Shown: positions 24,984 through 36,989 of the stretch, in pieces
How positions within the stretch are numbered: the stretch's first letter is position 1
Layout of the letters: each line of letters opens with the position of its first letter
DNA from: Scyliorhinus canicula
Taxonomy: Eukaryota
Assembly: GCF_902713615.1 (NCBI RefSeq)
Contig: NC_052164.1
Span: 47,371,248-47,435,247 of the forward strand
DNA length: 64,000 bases
Reading direction: 5' to 3'
The notes under the pieces: generated by a model
The model's database searches: none
What the model was told of the DNA's origin: nothing
Seen by the model: the letters and a program-made list of their open reading frames with translations, nothing else
Made by a program: the position numbers and the translations under genes

Positions 24984-25774
24984 TGTAGCCATCTAAGATG
25001 GCCACCTGCAAAGGGTCATGGGAATTATGGCCAACCCAGGTCTCAGACAGATACACAGCCTATGTGTATCTAAAACACAGGTAACCAGACCTGATCGAAA
25101 CCCCCGCTCGTTTACATTTCAATGGCCCATTTTCCCAGGAGAATTGAACTCCAATCAAGCAACCGGTACAGCCACCGACTAATCGGCACCACTTCCCTTA
25201 CTCAGAAAGCGCAACTGCCAAGGTCAATGACCGCTAAGGATCCGCCCAGCTACCAAGGCACCCGCCCCTTTATTGGCCGAAATTGAAGAGAGTGATCAGA
25301 GCCCTGTCGAACTATTGGGTCCAAGGTTAAGGACCACCCCAAAACACAAAATCCCAGAGGGATAAAAGAGAGCGCAGGCATGTGTTTTGTCTCTTTTGGA
25401 TCCAGCCTGTGCCAACCCAATTGTAGCAGGAACAACCAGCTAAGTTCAAGACCAACGATCACTACCTGACGGATGAGCCCAGTAGAGACACAGCCACTTT
25501 CTTTGAACCAGCCAAGTGAAATCCAGATAAAGGCCTTATCCATTTGCACAGTGCCGATCGCCCTGAAGTGAAATATAGGTTATTGGAGCTGAAAGGTATA
25601 GTTTAACTCATAGTAGATATTGTGTTTGCATGTTGAGATAACTCTTGTGTATGTAAATAAGCCATCTTTTGAACTAACTAACTGGTTGTGTGGCCATTTG
25701 ATCGATATATGGGAAGGCTTGTGGTTCACCGAGATAAATAGAAATACCCACAGATATTGGCGACGCTGTTGGAC
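24984..25774 (+). mobile_element. LTR (TG...CA, 24984-25752) followed by a PBS only
   Basis: Interrupts L1 ORF2; tggcgacgctgttggac at 25758-25774 resembles a tRNA-Arg PBS; tggac on both sides. Confidence 0.7.
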
Positions 25775-26271
25775 ACAAAGAAAACACAGAGTAAAGAAAT
25801 AAAACAAAAATGGGCAAAAGAGATGGATATGGAATGGGAATGGGGACTGTGGAGTTAAATTATACACAGGGTCATGGCAGCATTTTCAATGCTCGGATGA
25901 GTTTAATGCAATTCAAGATAGTGCATAGGGCAATGACGCAGGAAAGAAGGAGCAGATTCTTCACATAGGTAGAAGATAAATGTGAGAGGTGTAAAGGAGG
26001 ATCAGCTAACCATGTTCACATCAGCTAACCATGTTCACACTAGTCATGTCCATGATTAGTGGGGTTTTGGTAGAAATATTATATGGGCCTCTTGAGGCAT
26101 TTGTTGGAGTGTTGGAAATACACGGAGTTATAGAAGGGAAAAGAGCCGATGTGATGGCCTTTGCCACATTGATCGCCCGGAGATGAATTTTTCAGAATGG
26201 AAAACTGAAGATCTGCCAAAAATATCAACATGGTTAGGGGATCTTGCGGAATTCCTTAAAGTTGAGAAAGT

Positions 26272-26335
26272 TGGCCATGCTAAATTGGCCCTTAATTGCA
26301 AAAAAAAATTGGATATTCTAAATTTATTTAAAAAG
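26272..26335 (+). mobile_element. 3' fragment of the A-tailed SINE family
   Basis: tggccatgctaaattggcccttaattgcaaaaaaaa...tttaaaaa. Confidence 0.7.
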
Positions 26336-26527
26336 AAGAGTACAAAGGAATATGGAGAAAAGGTGGGCAAATGGAGTTTCGGTGTAGATCAGTGATGGAT
26401 TGTAGCATCTGACAGCACAGATGTAGGCCATTCAGTCCATCGTGCCAATGCTGGCTCTTTGAAAGAGCTGTAACATTTAATCCCACACTGCAGATTTTAT
26501 CCCATAGCCCTGCCAGTTAGCACATGT

Positions 26528-27060
26528 CAACAACAGAAATTTGTATTTATATAGCACCTTTAATGTAATAGTGTGCCAAGGTGCATCACTGGACGGTTAT
26601 TAAACAAAATTTGACACTGAACCACACGAGAAGACATTACGTCAGATAATCAGATAGGAGTATTTTAAATGGTGGGAAATGAGGTAGAGAGGAGGCAAGG
26701 TTTAGGGACAGAATTCTAGAACTTGGAGCCCAGGCAGCTAAAGGCATGAACATCAGTGGTGGAGCAAAGCCACGGGTGAGCAAAAGGCCAGAATTGTAGA
26801 AATCTTGGGAAGAGTTGGGGCTGGAGGAGGTTACAGGGATGGGGAGGGTCAAGGCATGGAGGGACCTGAAAGTAAGGACATGAGAGTTTTTAAATCAAGA
26901 AGATAATGTAGCTGCGAGCCAGTAGATCACAGGGCACAGAGTTGATAGATGATAAGGACACAGACAGCAGAGCTTTGGCTGATCTCACAGTTAGGAGGTT
27001 AGAACGTGGTAGACCCATCAGGACTGCATTGAAATCCTCCAGTCTAGAGGGAGCAAAGGC
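26528..27060 (-). mobile_element. L2-clade LINE 3' end, decayed
   Basis: ttgtatttatatagcacctttaa terminus; minus RLEDFNAVLMGLP (SRLDYCN-like). Confidence 0.65.
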
Positions 27061-27201
27061 AGGTGAGGCTTTCACTTGTCTTTTGAAAGTTACTGTGGAT
27101 TCTGGTTACACCACTTTCAGGTAGTGCATTTTAGATATGAAGAAATTTCTCCGCTTCACACCTCTAGTCGTTTTGCTAATTATTTTAAATATACTGACCC
27201 A

Positions 27202-27290
27202 CTTGGATTGGATTGGATTTGTTTATTGTCACATGTATCGAGGTACAGTGAAAAGTATTTTTCTGAGAGCAGTTCAACAGATCATTAAGT
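27202..27290 (-). mobile_element. Short LINE 3' tail (Rex/Babar-like) with (CCAAT)n
   Basis: Minus strand ...gtgacaataaacaaatccaatccaatccaa. Confidence 0.45.
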
Positions 27291-27536
27291 ACTTGCCTGA
27301 AGAAATGGTGTCACCATGTTTGTTCTATCCAAATACTTACTAATTTTGGCTACTCTTATTAGATTTCATCTTAACCTTCAGCAGAATGGCATCACAAATG
27401 TGAATGGTTGATTTGACCTAATCCTGTTCCAATTTTCTAAAATGAAGCAACAGCAGAAATGTAATTAAAATGCTCTATTTAAGTGATATTACTTATTTGA
27501 ACCGTGAAGTTGTTTTGAAACCAATTTTCTTTTGCA

Positions 27537-27855
27537 CTACAGTACAGTAGCACAGTGGTTAGCACTGCTGCTCCAGGGACGCGAGTTCAGTTCCGGCCTC
27601 GGGGGGGCTGTCTGTGTGGAGTTTGCATATTCTTCCCTTGTCTGCGTGGGTTTCCTCCGGGTGTCCGGTTCCTCCCACAGTCCAAAGATGTGCAGTTTAG
27701 GTGGATTGGCCACGATAAATTGTCCATTGGTGTCCAAAAGGTACTGTGGTGTTACAGGAATAGGGTGGGCTTAAGTAGGGTGCTCTTTCCAATGGCCGGT
27801 GCAGACCAGATGGGCCAAATGGCCTCTTTTGCACTGTAGGGATTCTATGATTCTG
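27537..27855 (+). mobile_element. HE1-type SINE
   Basis: gtagcacagtggttagcactgctgc head, core and CR1 tail. Confidence 0.85.
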
Positions 27856-28849
27856 TGTCTTTATGCCTGTTCTATTCCTGTGATATTTTATGATTGCTAA
27901 CTTTTGTTTTGGTTTTTAGTTTGGATTCATGACATGATGGGCAGAGAGTTATAGTGGGTCAGAAATTAGGCAGCGATTGAACTCTGGTGTGCAGACAGGA
28001 TTTAGTCCTATTTTGAAGTTATGCATCTGTCCTTATTTTTTTGATTTGATACATTTTTCGCAATTTTAAAAGCAGAATAGATGTGGTTGTAGTGTAGGAG
28101 TTTCTCTATCATGCAGCTGAGGAGCTGTGAGAGATGAAGCTGAGTGTCGCAGCATCCTGACTGGGAGGATGTGTAATAACAGTATGATAAATTTATATTG
28201 TTCCATTATAAATGTGGGCACAGACATTTATCATGAAATAAATTAACACAGCAGTGTGGCGAAGCATGGTAACAGGAAGCATCTCCATATTTAAGATACA
28301 GGTTATCAGTACAGTATCAGAAAAGGAAAATAACTTGGATCTAACCTTTTACAACCTCAGCAAGGTCCATAGGGTTTCGCCACCAATGAAATATAGTGTT
28401 TTAAGTGTAGTTATTGTTCCAGTGTCGGGAAATGCAAAAGCCAATTTGTGTTCAGTTGGATCCCACAGACAGTATTTTTTGATAGCGCTGGTGAGGAACA
28501 AATTTAAGCCAGGACAACAGGAGCAACTCATTGTACTTTTGAATAGTGATAATGGCAAGTCAACATCAAGCAAGTTAAATTAGTCATTTATTTCATTGCT
28601 GTTTGTGCAGCCATACAAGCTTGCTACCAATTTAGCCTGCATTACCACTGTAACTGCACTAAGGAAATAATTCATTGTAAAGCCTATTTTGTCTTTCACT
28701 CAGCTGTTATATCAATGGATCACCCACTCGTATAACTTTAAAGTTCAAAGTTCAGTCTGGGTGTTTAAGCAGTCAGCTTTAATGCCCTTGGAATGGGAGT
28801 TATTATAGTGTACTGATCAACTGCATCTGTTATTTCTTCTATCCAGGAC

Positions 28850-29222
28850 TTTTCATCCCATCCATTGCCCCAAAAAATTGTTTTAAGCTCCCTTGCACGG
28901 TCCACTTCAACCTGTGCCTCACCTATTCAAGTCTTTGTTACTTCTATAATCAATTATTTCAGTACTTTCTTTAATGGCTTCCCATCCTTCACCCTACATT
29001 AACTCCAACTTCTCCCAGCACTGAATCGCATCCACCCATTGCTCAGTGACTTGGCTTGCTATATGCCAACATGTTCAGGTTAAACTCCTTGTCATGTTTT
29101 GAAATCTCTCCATTGATGTGCTATACCATATTTCTGCAGCATCCATATTGGCATCCATATTTCAATTTATGAACTGCCTTGGAATATTTTTGTCAAAAGT
29201 ATCATATAAATGTAGCTTGCTG
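28850..29222 (+). mobile_element. Decayed L2 3' fragment
   Basis: ggcttcccatccttcaccctacattaactccaact...; ends tataaatgtagcttgctg. Confidence 0.45.
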
Positions 29223-31652
29223 TTCACGGTTTGCATTTAAAAAGTGCTATGCCACAGTACGGAGGTTGAAAATGGTACAGGTTTGCGCAAGAACTCTATA
29301 TGATGCTGGGTCAACAATCCCAGTGTTGCTTTAATCTGGGAAATGGTGACCAAGTGTGTATGAAGGGAGAGGAAGCGTAACATCCAGATACCTCCTATTT
29401 AATCAATCATGGAGTGGTTAAAGTTCAGACCTGCTGGTCAGATGGGAATAGTGAGTGATGCAAGTGGGATCACAAGATGCTTTTTTTTAATAAGCGCAAA
29501 ACATTCATTGCTTCTGTTGTGTTAAACCAGCAGTAAGTGACGTTGGTGATGTAGTGGAGATAATTGTAGTTCTGTTCACTCTATGGCTAGAACTATGCGC
29601 TGTGAATCGGATGGGAAGCTAGGGAATTCCAAAAAGCAGGTTAAGTGAAGCATTCATTTGTCTCTTTACCTTGTGTACATGATGCATAATCAAAATGTTC
29701 AACTTAACATTTGGAGAACAGTTCTTCAGTGGTGGTATAATATTTAGCCTAAACATGTTAGTGAAAGGGTTAAGTTAGTGTGAAGGAAATGAGATATTTT
29801 GGCGTAAAGATATTAACTGTCCCACTGCAGCTGCAAGGTTTTGCGTAGACACCTGGTGGTGTCGAAAGCACTGTACTCTATGCATAACGACTGCAGTAAA
29901 TGGCTGGAGCTCCTGCTGCTTTGTTCTATTTGTTCTGCTGTTACACCAGTTTGCTGCTGCCTTTGTCTCTTGCTGAAAATGCTGCAGTGGCTCCTTCAGT
30001 GGAATGTGTGTAACCTTCAATGTGAGCGTGGCAAAAAGGTGGGTGGTGGTCACATTCTTTCTGGGGAGTAGTTGCTAGGAAATTTCAGACGGTTGGATCT
30101 TTGTACTCAATCATGTATGTCTGTGTATCGGATACCAAGTAATCATGACGGCGAGGGAGACAGAGAGAGGTAGGCTGGCTGTATAGAACAAGGACAAATG
30201 TAGGAAGAAAGGCAGAGAAGATAGGTTAATTGCTGCCTTGTAAACGGAGATGGCAAAAAGTAAGAGTGATGTATGCTGATGGTATTCATAGAAGAGCAAG
30301 AATGAAGAGAAAAATGTGGATTAACAAAGGATATGAATGTGCAAAAACAGTAAGGTGAGGTGCTGCAAAATAGCGACAGATGAGTAGATTTAGAAATCTG
30401 TTAGTGGGAGGCAGACTGAAATGGACAGCAAGACTGAAGAAAAACAAGAATAATCGGGGTTATAGGCTTGTGCTGTCGACCTGTAGATCAAATGCCAGCA
30501 GTGCAGAATATGCAAAACTTACTCCCATGATAAAATCTCCATTTGCAGCACGTGCCTCTTTCAGTGGCTTTCTGCCTAAATTAGATGATATGCTAATGAG
30601 ATAGAATGGCAAAAATCTGTCTCTTATACAATAGAAACAAAATGGCTGGTTATTATTGCGGTATGCAGGCAGAGAGCTGAGTGTAATTAAGACTGTTTTG
30701 CAAAAAGGAAAATAACAGGATTGAACTCCATAAAGATAGAGGATGATGCTGGTATGTGGCAGTGGTTTCAATCTAGCTGCAGTGCAGGACTAATTTTGTG
30801 TTGCAAGGACGGATGGCAGAAAGAGAGAGTTCTGTTATCTTATCCAGACCAGCCCTGTTGATCTGAATTTTTTATATGTTCACAGCTGGAGGGGAGGGGC
30901 TGCATTGGAGGAATCAGCCAAATTAGGTGCTGTTAAAAATATGCTGGCAGCAAGTTTCTGGGTATAACTGTTGCTTCATGATGATATGAAAAGGTTCCAT
31001 ATTTGTTCCAATTGAAATCTGTATGTCCCATTTACTGATGTAATTTTTGTTACGACCTTGTGTGTTTTTGTAGGATATACAGGTTTTCTTTGTCTTGCCA
31101 TCCTAGTTCATGATGGTGTTTGAATAATGGAAAAGCTACAGCGAAAAAGTGGGTTGGCAAGGGACTGATTGCTCATGGAACTGAATGAAAGAGAAAACAG
31201 GAACCTATTCCTGAAGAAATATTAATTATTGATTATGTAACACAGTTATCAGAGGACTCAAATGTGCAAAACTTATGAATGAATTATTTCCGTATAAAGG
31301 CTGGTATGAGACTTCACTGTTATAGGTTTCTTGAACTGGAGCGAAAGGTAGCATTAAAAATTTTGAAAGTCATATACTCGATAATTTGACAGTTTTATTA
31401 GGGGAGCAACTAGATTTTATCGCCAAAATTGGGCTTTTGGAGTTATTTCTTAGCCTGAGATGAATTAGCACTTCGGGTTCCTTTACTCTAATTTGAAGCC
31501 CTCACAATGAATAGAAAAGATGAAAAGGCTTTAGGTTAGCTTTCAGGTTAGCCACTAGACAAAGTGAAATTGGAGAAATTATGATATTGTCAGAATGATA
31601 ATATGTTTCAGTGAAGTCCAAGATGTTGAGCAGGTACTGCAAATGTGGAGCA

Positions 31653-31882
31653 GGGCAGCACGGTGGCGCAGTGGGTTAGCCCTGCAACCTCACGGCGCCG
31701 AGGTCCCAGGTTCGAACCCGGCTCTGGGTCACTGTCGGTGTGGAGTTTGCACATTCTCCCCGTGTTTGCGTGGGTTTCGTCCCCACAGCCCAAAAAAGAT
31801 GTGTAGGCTAGGTGGATTGGCCACGCAAAATTGCCCCTTAATTGGAAAAATGAATTGGGTACTCAAAATTTTTTAAAAAAGT
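31653..31882 (+). mobile_element. Short A-tailed SINE, full length, 12-bp TSD
   Basis: TSD aaatgtggagca at 31641-31652 and 31883-31894. Confidence 0.92.
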
Positions 31883-32029
31883 AAATGTGGAGCAAGATAC
31901 CCAAATTTTCATCAGGGATGGCATGCCAGTTGTCACCTTTCCCGGTTCTGTTCTAAACACTTTAAAAATGGACTCCAAAGCTTCTTTTGGTATAGCATAA
32001 GTGAAGCATTCAAAAGCACATATGCTATT

Positions 32030-33010
32030 TTTTGTTTATTTGTTTATGGACGTGGGCATCGCTGATTAAGCCAGCATTTGTTGCCCGTGAGAAGGTGGTG
32101 GGGAGCTGCCTTCATGATCTGCAGCAGTCCGTGGGATGTAGGAGGGAGTTCCAGGATTTTGACCTAGCAACAATGACATATTTCTAAATCAGGAAGGTGT
32201 ATGGCTTGGAGGTGAACTTGCAGGTGGTGGTTTTCACAGATATCTACTGCCCTTGATCTTCTAACTGATAACGGTCGTTGGTTTGGAACGTTCTGCAATT
32301 AAGTTACTGTGAAAAGATCCTGGTTGCCACACTCCGGCACCCGTTCAGGTGCACAGAGGGAGAATTTAGAATGTCCAATTCACCTAACAGCACGTCTTTT
32401 GGGACTTGTGGGAGGAAACCAGAGCGCCCGGAGCAAACCCACGCAGACACAGGGAGAACATGCAGAATCCGCAGAGTGACCCAAGCTGGGAATCGAACCC
32501 GGGTCCCTGGCGCTGTAAAGCAACACTGCTAACCACTATGTTATCATGCCACCTACTGTATATGGTGCAGACATCTGCTACTGTGCGTCAATGTTGGAGG
32601 GAGTCAATGATTGTAGATGGGGTGCCAATTAAGTGAGCTACTTCATCCTGAATAATGCTGAGCTTCTGGAGTATTGTAGGAGCGACACTCATCCAGACAA
32701 TTGGTGTGTGTTCCATTAGTAGTCAGGCAGTGATTTACTAAGACCCAGGATTTCTAGTCTCTGACCTGCTTTTGTAGCCACAGTATTTACTTTGCTAGTC
32801 CAGATAAGTTTCTCGTCAATGGTAACTTCCAGAATGCTGATCAGGGATTTGGCGATGGTAATGCCATTAAATGTCAAAGGCAGATGAATAAATTGTCACT
32901 TACTGGAAATGGTCATTGCTTAACACAAATGTTATTTGTCAGTCCGAGAGTGGGTGTTGTTCAGGTGTTTCTGCATTTGGACATGGAGTGCTTCAGTATC
33001 TGAGAAGTCA
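32030..33010 (-). mobile_element. Decayed CR1/L2-group LINE 3' portion (same family as 59920-60990)
   Basis: Reverse-complement similarity to 60150-60990 (gagttccaggattttgacc, gtcaatggtaac, ggaaatggtcattgc). Confidence 0.65.
32295..32552 (-). mobile_element. SINE (HE1 head, alternative tail)
   Basis: gggaatcgaacccgggtccctgg B-box; gagggagaatttagaatgtcc segment. Confidence 0.8.
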
Positions 33011-33062
33011 CAAATTTAATCATCCTTTTACCCCATTTTATGAAGTGTGCCCAAATTAGCCA

Positions 33063-33720
33063 GACATACGAATTAGAAGCAAAGGTAGACTACTCGACCC
33101 CTTGTGCCTGCTCCATTATTTAGTAAAATCTTGGTTTATCTGAATTCATCCCCAACTCCACACTCCCACCTACTCCCCAAAAAAGATTTGATTTTGCCCC
33201 TTGCTTATGAAGAATCTATCTCGCTTTGTCTTAAAAATATTCAAAAACCCTTCTTCCATCACCTGTTGAAGAGAGTTCCAGAGACACTCGACCCTCAGAA
33301 AAAAAAATTATCCTCATCACTGTCTTAAATGAACGACCCCTTATTTTTAAACAGTGATCCCAGCTCTAGATTTTCCCACAAGAGAAAACATCTTCTCCAC
33401 ATCCCACCCAGTCAAGATCCCTCAGAATCCTGTATGTATCAATCACTTTTTCTACAGTAGATACAAGCCCAGCCGGTCCAACCTTTCCTCATAAGACAAC
33501 CCTCCCATTCCAGGGTTTAGTTCAGTAAACCTGCTCTGAAATTTTTTCCTTAAATGAGGTAACCAATAATATGCACAGTACTCCAGATGTGATCTCACCA
33601 CTGCCCTTATATAACTGAAGCATGACCTCCCTACTTTTGTTTTCAATTCCCCTTGCAATAAATTATATTTTATTATCGTTCCTCATCACTTGCTGTACCT
33701 GCATACTTGCTTCTTGTAAC
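33063..33720 (-). mobile_element. CR1 3' portion
   Basis: VRSHLEYCAYYWLPHL...GLSYEERLDRLGLY. Confidence 0.85.
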
Positions 33721-34479
33721 ATGAAGCAAATCTTGCTGAAAATATGTTGAAGGGCAGCCAGGACAGAAATTAGAAGGACTTTTGTTTTTGCTTCTGTCAT
33801 CCTCTTTATTCCCTTTTGTTAGTGGTTAATCTTCCCCTCCCACTTTGTAGTATTAACCAGTGAAAATTTGACTGTAGCGTGCACCGTAATGAAAAAAATC
33901 AAAATGATGCTATTTGATAAATCCACTCATTTAGTTGCAAACTGGAAGCAAAATGTCTTCATTAGGAGGGATGGATTTAAGTTCAGTTCAAGAGAAATTA
34001 GGGATGGGCAACAAATGTCGGCTTTGACGGTGATCACATCCCATCAAAGGAAAAAAAGGGTTGCATATTAAAGCTGAGCTTTAAGTTGGTCCTTTAAAAG
34101 AAAAATAACTTCACAAGTGCTTGTCTGGAAAGAGAAATTCATATTTCTTTGCTAATAGTGTTGGATTTGATCAGTAATTAGGTACAAGCCACACCTTGAC
34201 TAGGCCTTTTTCCTTGACTGGGCCATTTTTATAGTGATAGCACAGGAGTCTTGGCTTTTCCCATCTTTCCAGAAAATGCACCTCGATTTTGGATACACTT
34301 GATTGGGCACAAATCATCCTTTAGTAGTCAGTGCAAGTGGATGTGATTTATACGTGAGCCTTAAGATATTCAAACTTTGGAACATCTGAGGCTGGCTCCA
34401 CATGATGTGCAACACATTGCTGTTCTAATTAGAGTTGATGGGTAATGATATGGAGCAGCAACTCTGGCTGGTCATCTTT

Positions 34480-36000
34480 AGTTATTCGTCGTTCAAGGAT
34501 ATGATGGCCATCTGGGTGTTTGGTAGAGTTCCAGTGGGTAAGTAGGTGACTGTTAAGGACGATTTGCACTTGGAAGATTCTGCTGCCAACGTGATAGGAT
34601 AGTGCCGAGTTTTGGACAAGCTGTTGGCCTGTGATTTCTTCTTGTGTTTTCTCTCTATCTCTGATATGTACTTCCTTTCAATGGAAGCCGTGTCATTTTT
34701 TATTTGGTTATCCCAGGTCAGCGATCCTGGGTGAGCTTTTCCTTGGACTCCGGCCCAATATCAAAACCTCTAAACAAAACCTTTTGTATCCTTATTGTCC
34801 TTGGACCACCATAAGAATGTACCCCACACTAGTTCTCTGTAGAAGACTTGTTCTGATAAGTGAGTGTCAGGCATTTTGGCAACATGACCAGCCCAAACCA
34901 ATTGTGAAGGTCTCAGTATGGTGTGGATGCTTTGCATGCCAGCTCACATCAGCACCTCAGTGTCTGATATCTTGTCCTGCCATTTGATTTTCAGAAACTT
35001 CCAAAGGCAGGTCACATAATTGAGCTGGCATACAAATCAAGTCTCGTGCATAGAAGAGAGTGGGCAGAACTTTTGCCCCTTCAATTTGGTAAGCAGACTG
35101 ACTAATTGTTGCCAAACGAGACGTCTGCCGAAGGCTACACTTTGGCAATTCGCATATGTGTTGCACTATTGTTATAGACAGCCTGAGGGACGGTTGCCGA
35201 GATTAGAGAATTTATCCATTGTTGACCAGTTCTAGTCAAGGATTGAAGCCTTGGATTCGAGTTGGGGCTTTCCTGGAGCAGGCTGGTACATTATTTCAGT
35301 TTTCTTTGTGGTGATTGTAAGGGGGAAGTTGTCGCACACATTGAAGAACAAGCCCATTAGTAACTGGAAGAATTTCAGAAGACTCGCCACAATTCAACAC
35401 ACATACGAGCATGCTATTGTGGAACTGTCAAATGGGTGTCAGAGGGGTAGCACCTCTCTCAGACAAGCCCCTTGAATTCATTGGAGTAGCTCATTTTGTA
35501 CGGTCCTTTCCATCACTCAACTCTCACCTATGGCTCCAAGTAGCTGTTAACATGTGACAACGGTATGGTAAAACGCTTGGACTGGTCAACCAGGAGGATT
35601 TGTTTATTCTGACACGAGAAAACTAAGTTTTGCAGGTTGGGCAGATGAGACAATTCTGGATCCAGTCTTTAAGGTGGTTATGCACCATGTTGTGGAACAT
35701 GTAGAGCTCGTCAAGACAAAGATGATGTCCTGGTCACTCACTGCATCCGGATCTAGCTCCAGGCATCTGGACTAATTTTGCCATCGGACCAAAATAGGGC
35801 AAGACGAGAGAATGAGTGTACAATTCTCCCTCAATATAAATCCAATTCACATGCAAGGTCATGTTCATCATCTTTCTATCGTGTCATCCACTATCTATCT
35901 GTCACAAGGTCTGTGGTGATGGGTGAGTGATGTAGCAGCCGATGTGGAGTCAATGAGACCTGTAACTGTGAGCTTGTCTCTAGGCGGCTCAAGCCATATG
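34480..36000 (-). mobile_element. Heavily decayed RTE-like LINE
   Basis: Degenerate minus-strand coding remnants and 3' terminus near 34480; recognised by pattern only. Confidence 0.4.
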
Positions 36001-36310
36001 GCCATTTTTCTACTGGAAAGAGGTCGAAGTGGAATTTAGCAGCCACCTTGGTAACTGTATCGCTTTATACAAGATTACTGAGGTCAGCTGCAAGCATTTC
36101 TTTTGTTCCTTGACTGACAGCTAACACCCAATAGACTGGAAATCAACTTTGAACTGTGTAGCCCATCGACCTGAATAAAGCTGTTGAGTTATTGTGGAGT
36201 TTAGGAGCCGGGTTTGCTTCTACTCTACTGAAGCATGATTCATGGTTTGTCAAACCATGTTTTTGCTTTTAATTTAAGGTACTCTGAGCTAAGATTTAAA
36301 GTTTTAGTTT

Positions 36311-36517
36311 TGTGCTGCCAGGGGTGGTTGTGGAAGCAGATACATTAACGACGGTCAAAAGGTGTCTCGACAGTACATGGATAGGATGGGTATGGAGGGA
36401 TACGCCACTAGGAAGTATTGAAGGTTTTGGCCAAGGGTGGTATCATGACCGGTACAGGCTTGGAGGCCAGAAGGGCCTGTTCCTGTCCTGTATTGGTCTT
36501 GGGTCTTTGTTCTTTTG
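36311..36517 (+). mobile_element. CR1 3' terminal fragment
   Basis: LPGVVVEADTLTTVKRCLD; ggccagaagggcctgttcctg tail. Confidence 0.8.
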
Positions 36518-36989
36518 AACTTCCAGTCTGCCTATTTTTGAAATAATATATATGTCCTGATATAATCAATGAATATTCATATGTTGAAGCCTCAGCACAC
36601 TCATTAAGGTGATATTATTTTATTTTCACCTCTTTTCATTGAGCTGGCTATGTGTATGTCTATCTGTAATTTCAGTGTGGCCCTCAAGTATGTGTATTTT
36701 CCTATTTGTATTCAAAAACTTTGTGAAAATTGAGAGCTTAGACTCATATGCCACAGAGAATTCAACTAGCAATAAAAGGCTTTCGATTCAATCACGCTCT
36801 GACCTTTGGTTAGACAAGGCTCAATTTAAAACATTACACAATGACTATAGAGCACCCTTAATATAGCAAAACACTTCAATGTGCTTCATATATAGTCAGT
36901 TCGGAATTACTTGGACAGTACTGAAGGAACTATCTCATCTTGACTGTCGGACTCTCCGACTGAAGATTGATTGTGCCTATGGTCCCTGC

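Larger units (their letters stand above)
17500..26395. mobile_element. Old L1-clade ORF2 remnant with 5' inversion (minus 17500-24772, plus 24772-26395), fragmented by nested inserts
   Basis: Minus: GGLALPNLLYYYWAA, LAGRVQPIKVNILP, NIRRLLNVIM, MQSGKAP; plus: FKYLQ, MQFKIVHRA, CERC...ANHVH. Confidence 0.8.

Noticed and set aside
29841-30071. Cys/Leu-rich ORFs and a CTCF-like motif (ccaccaggtgtc)
   Set aside because: No recognisable protein or splice structure; the motif deviates from the core consensus.
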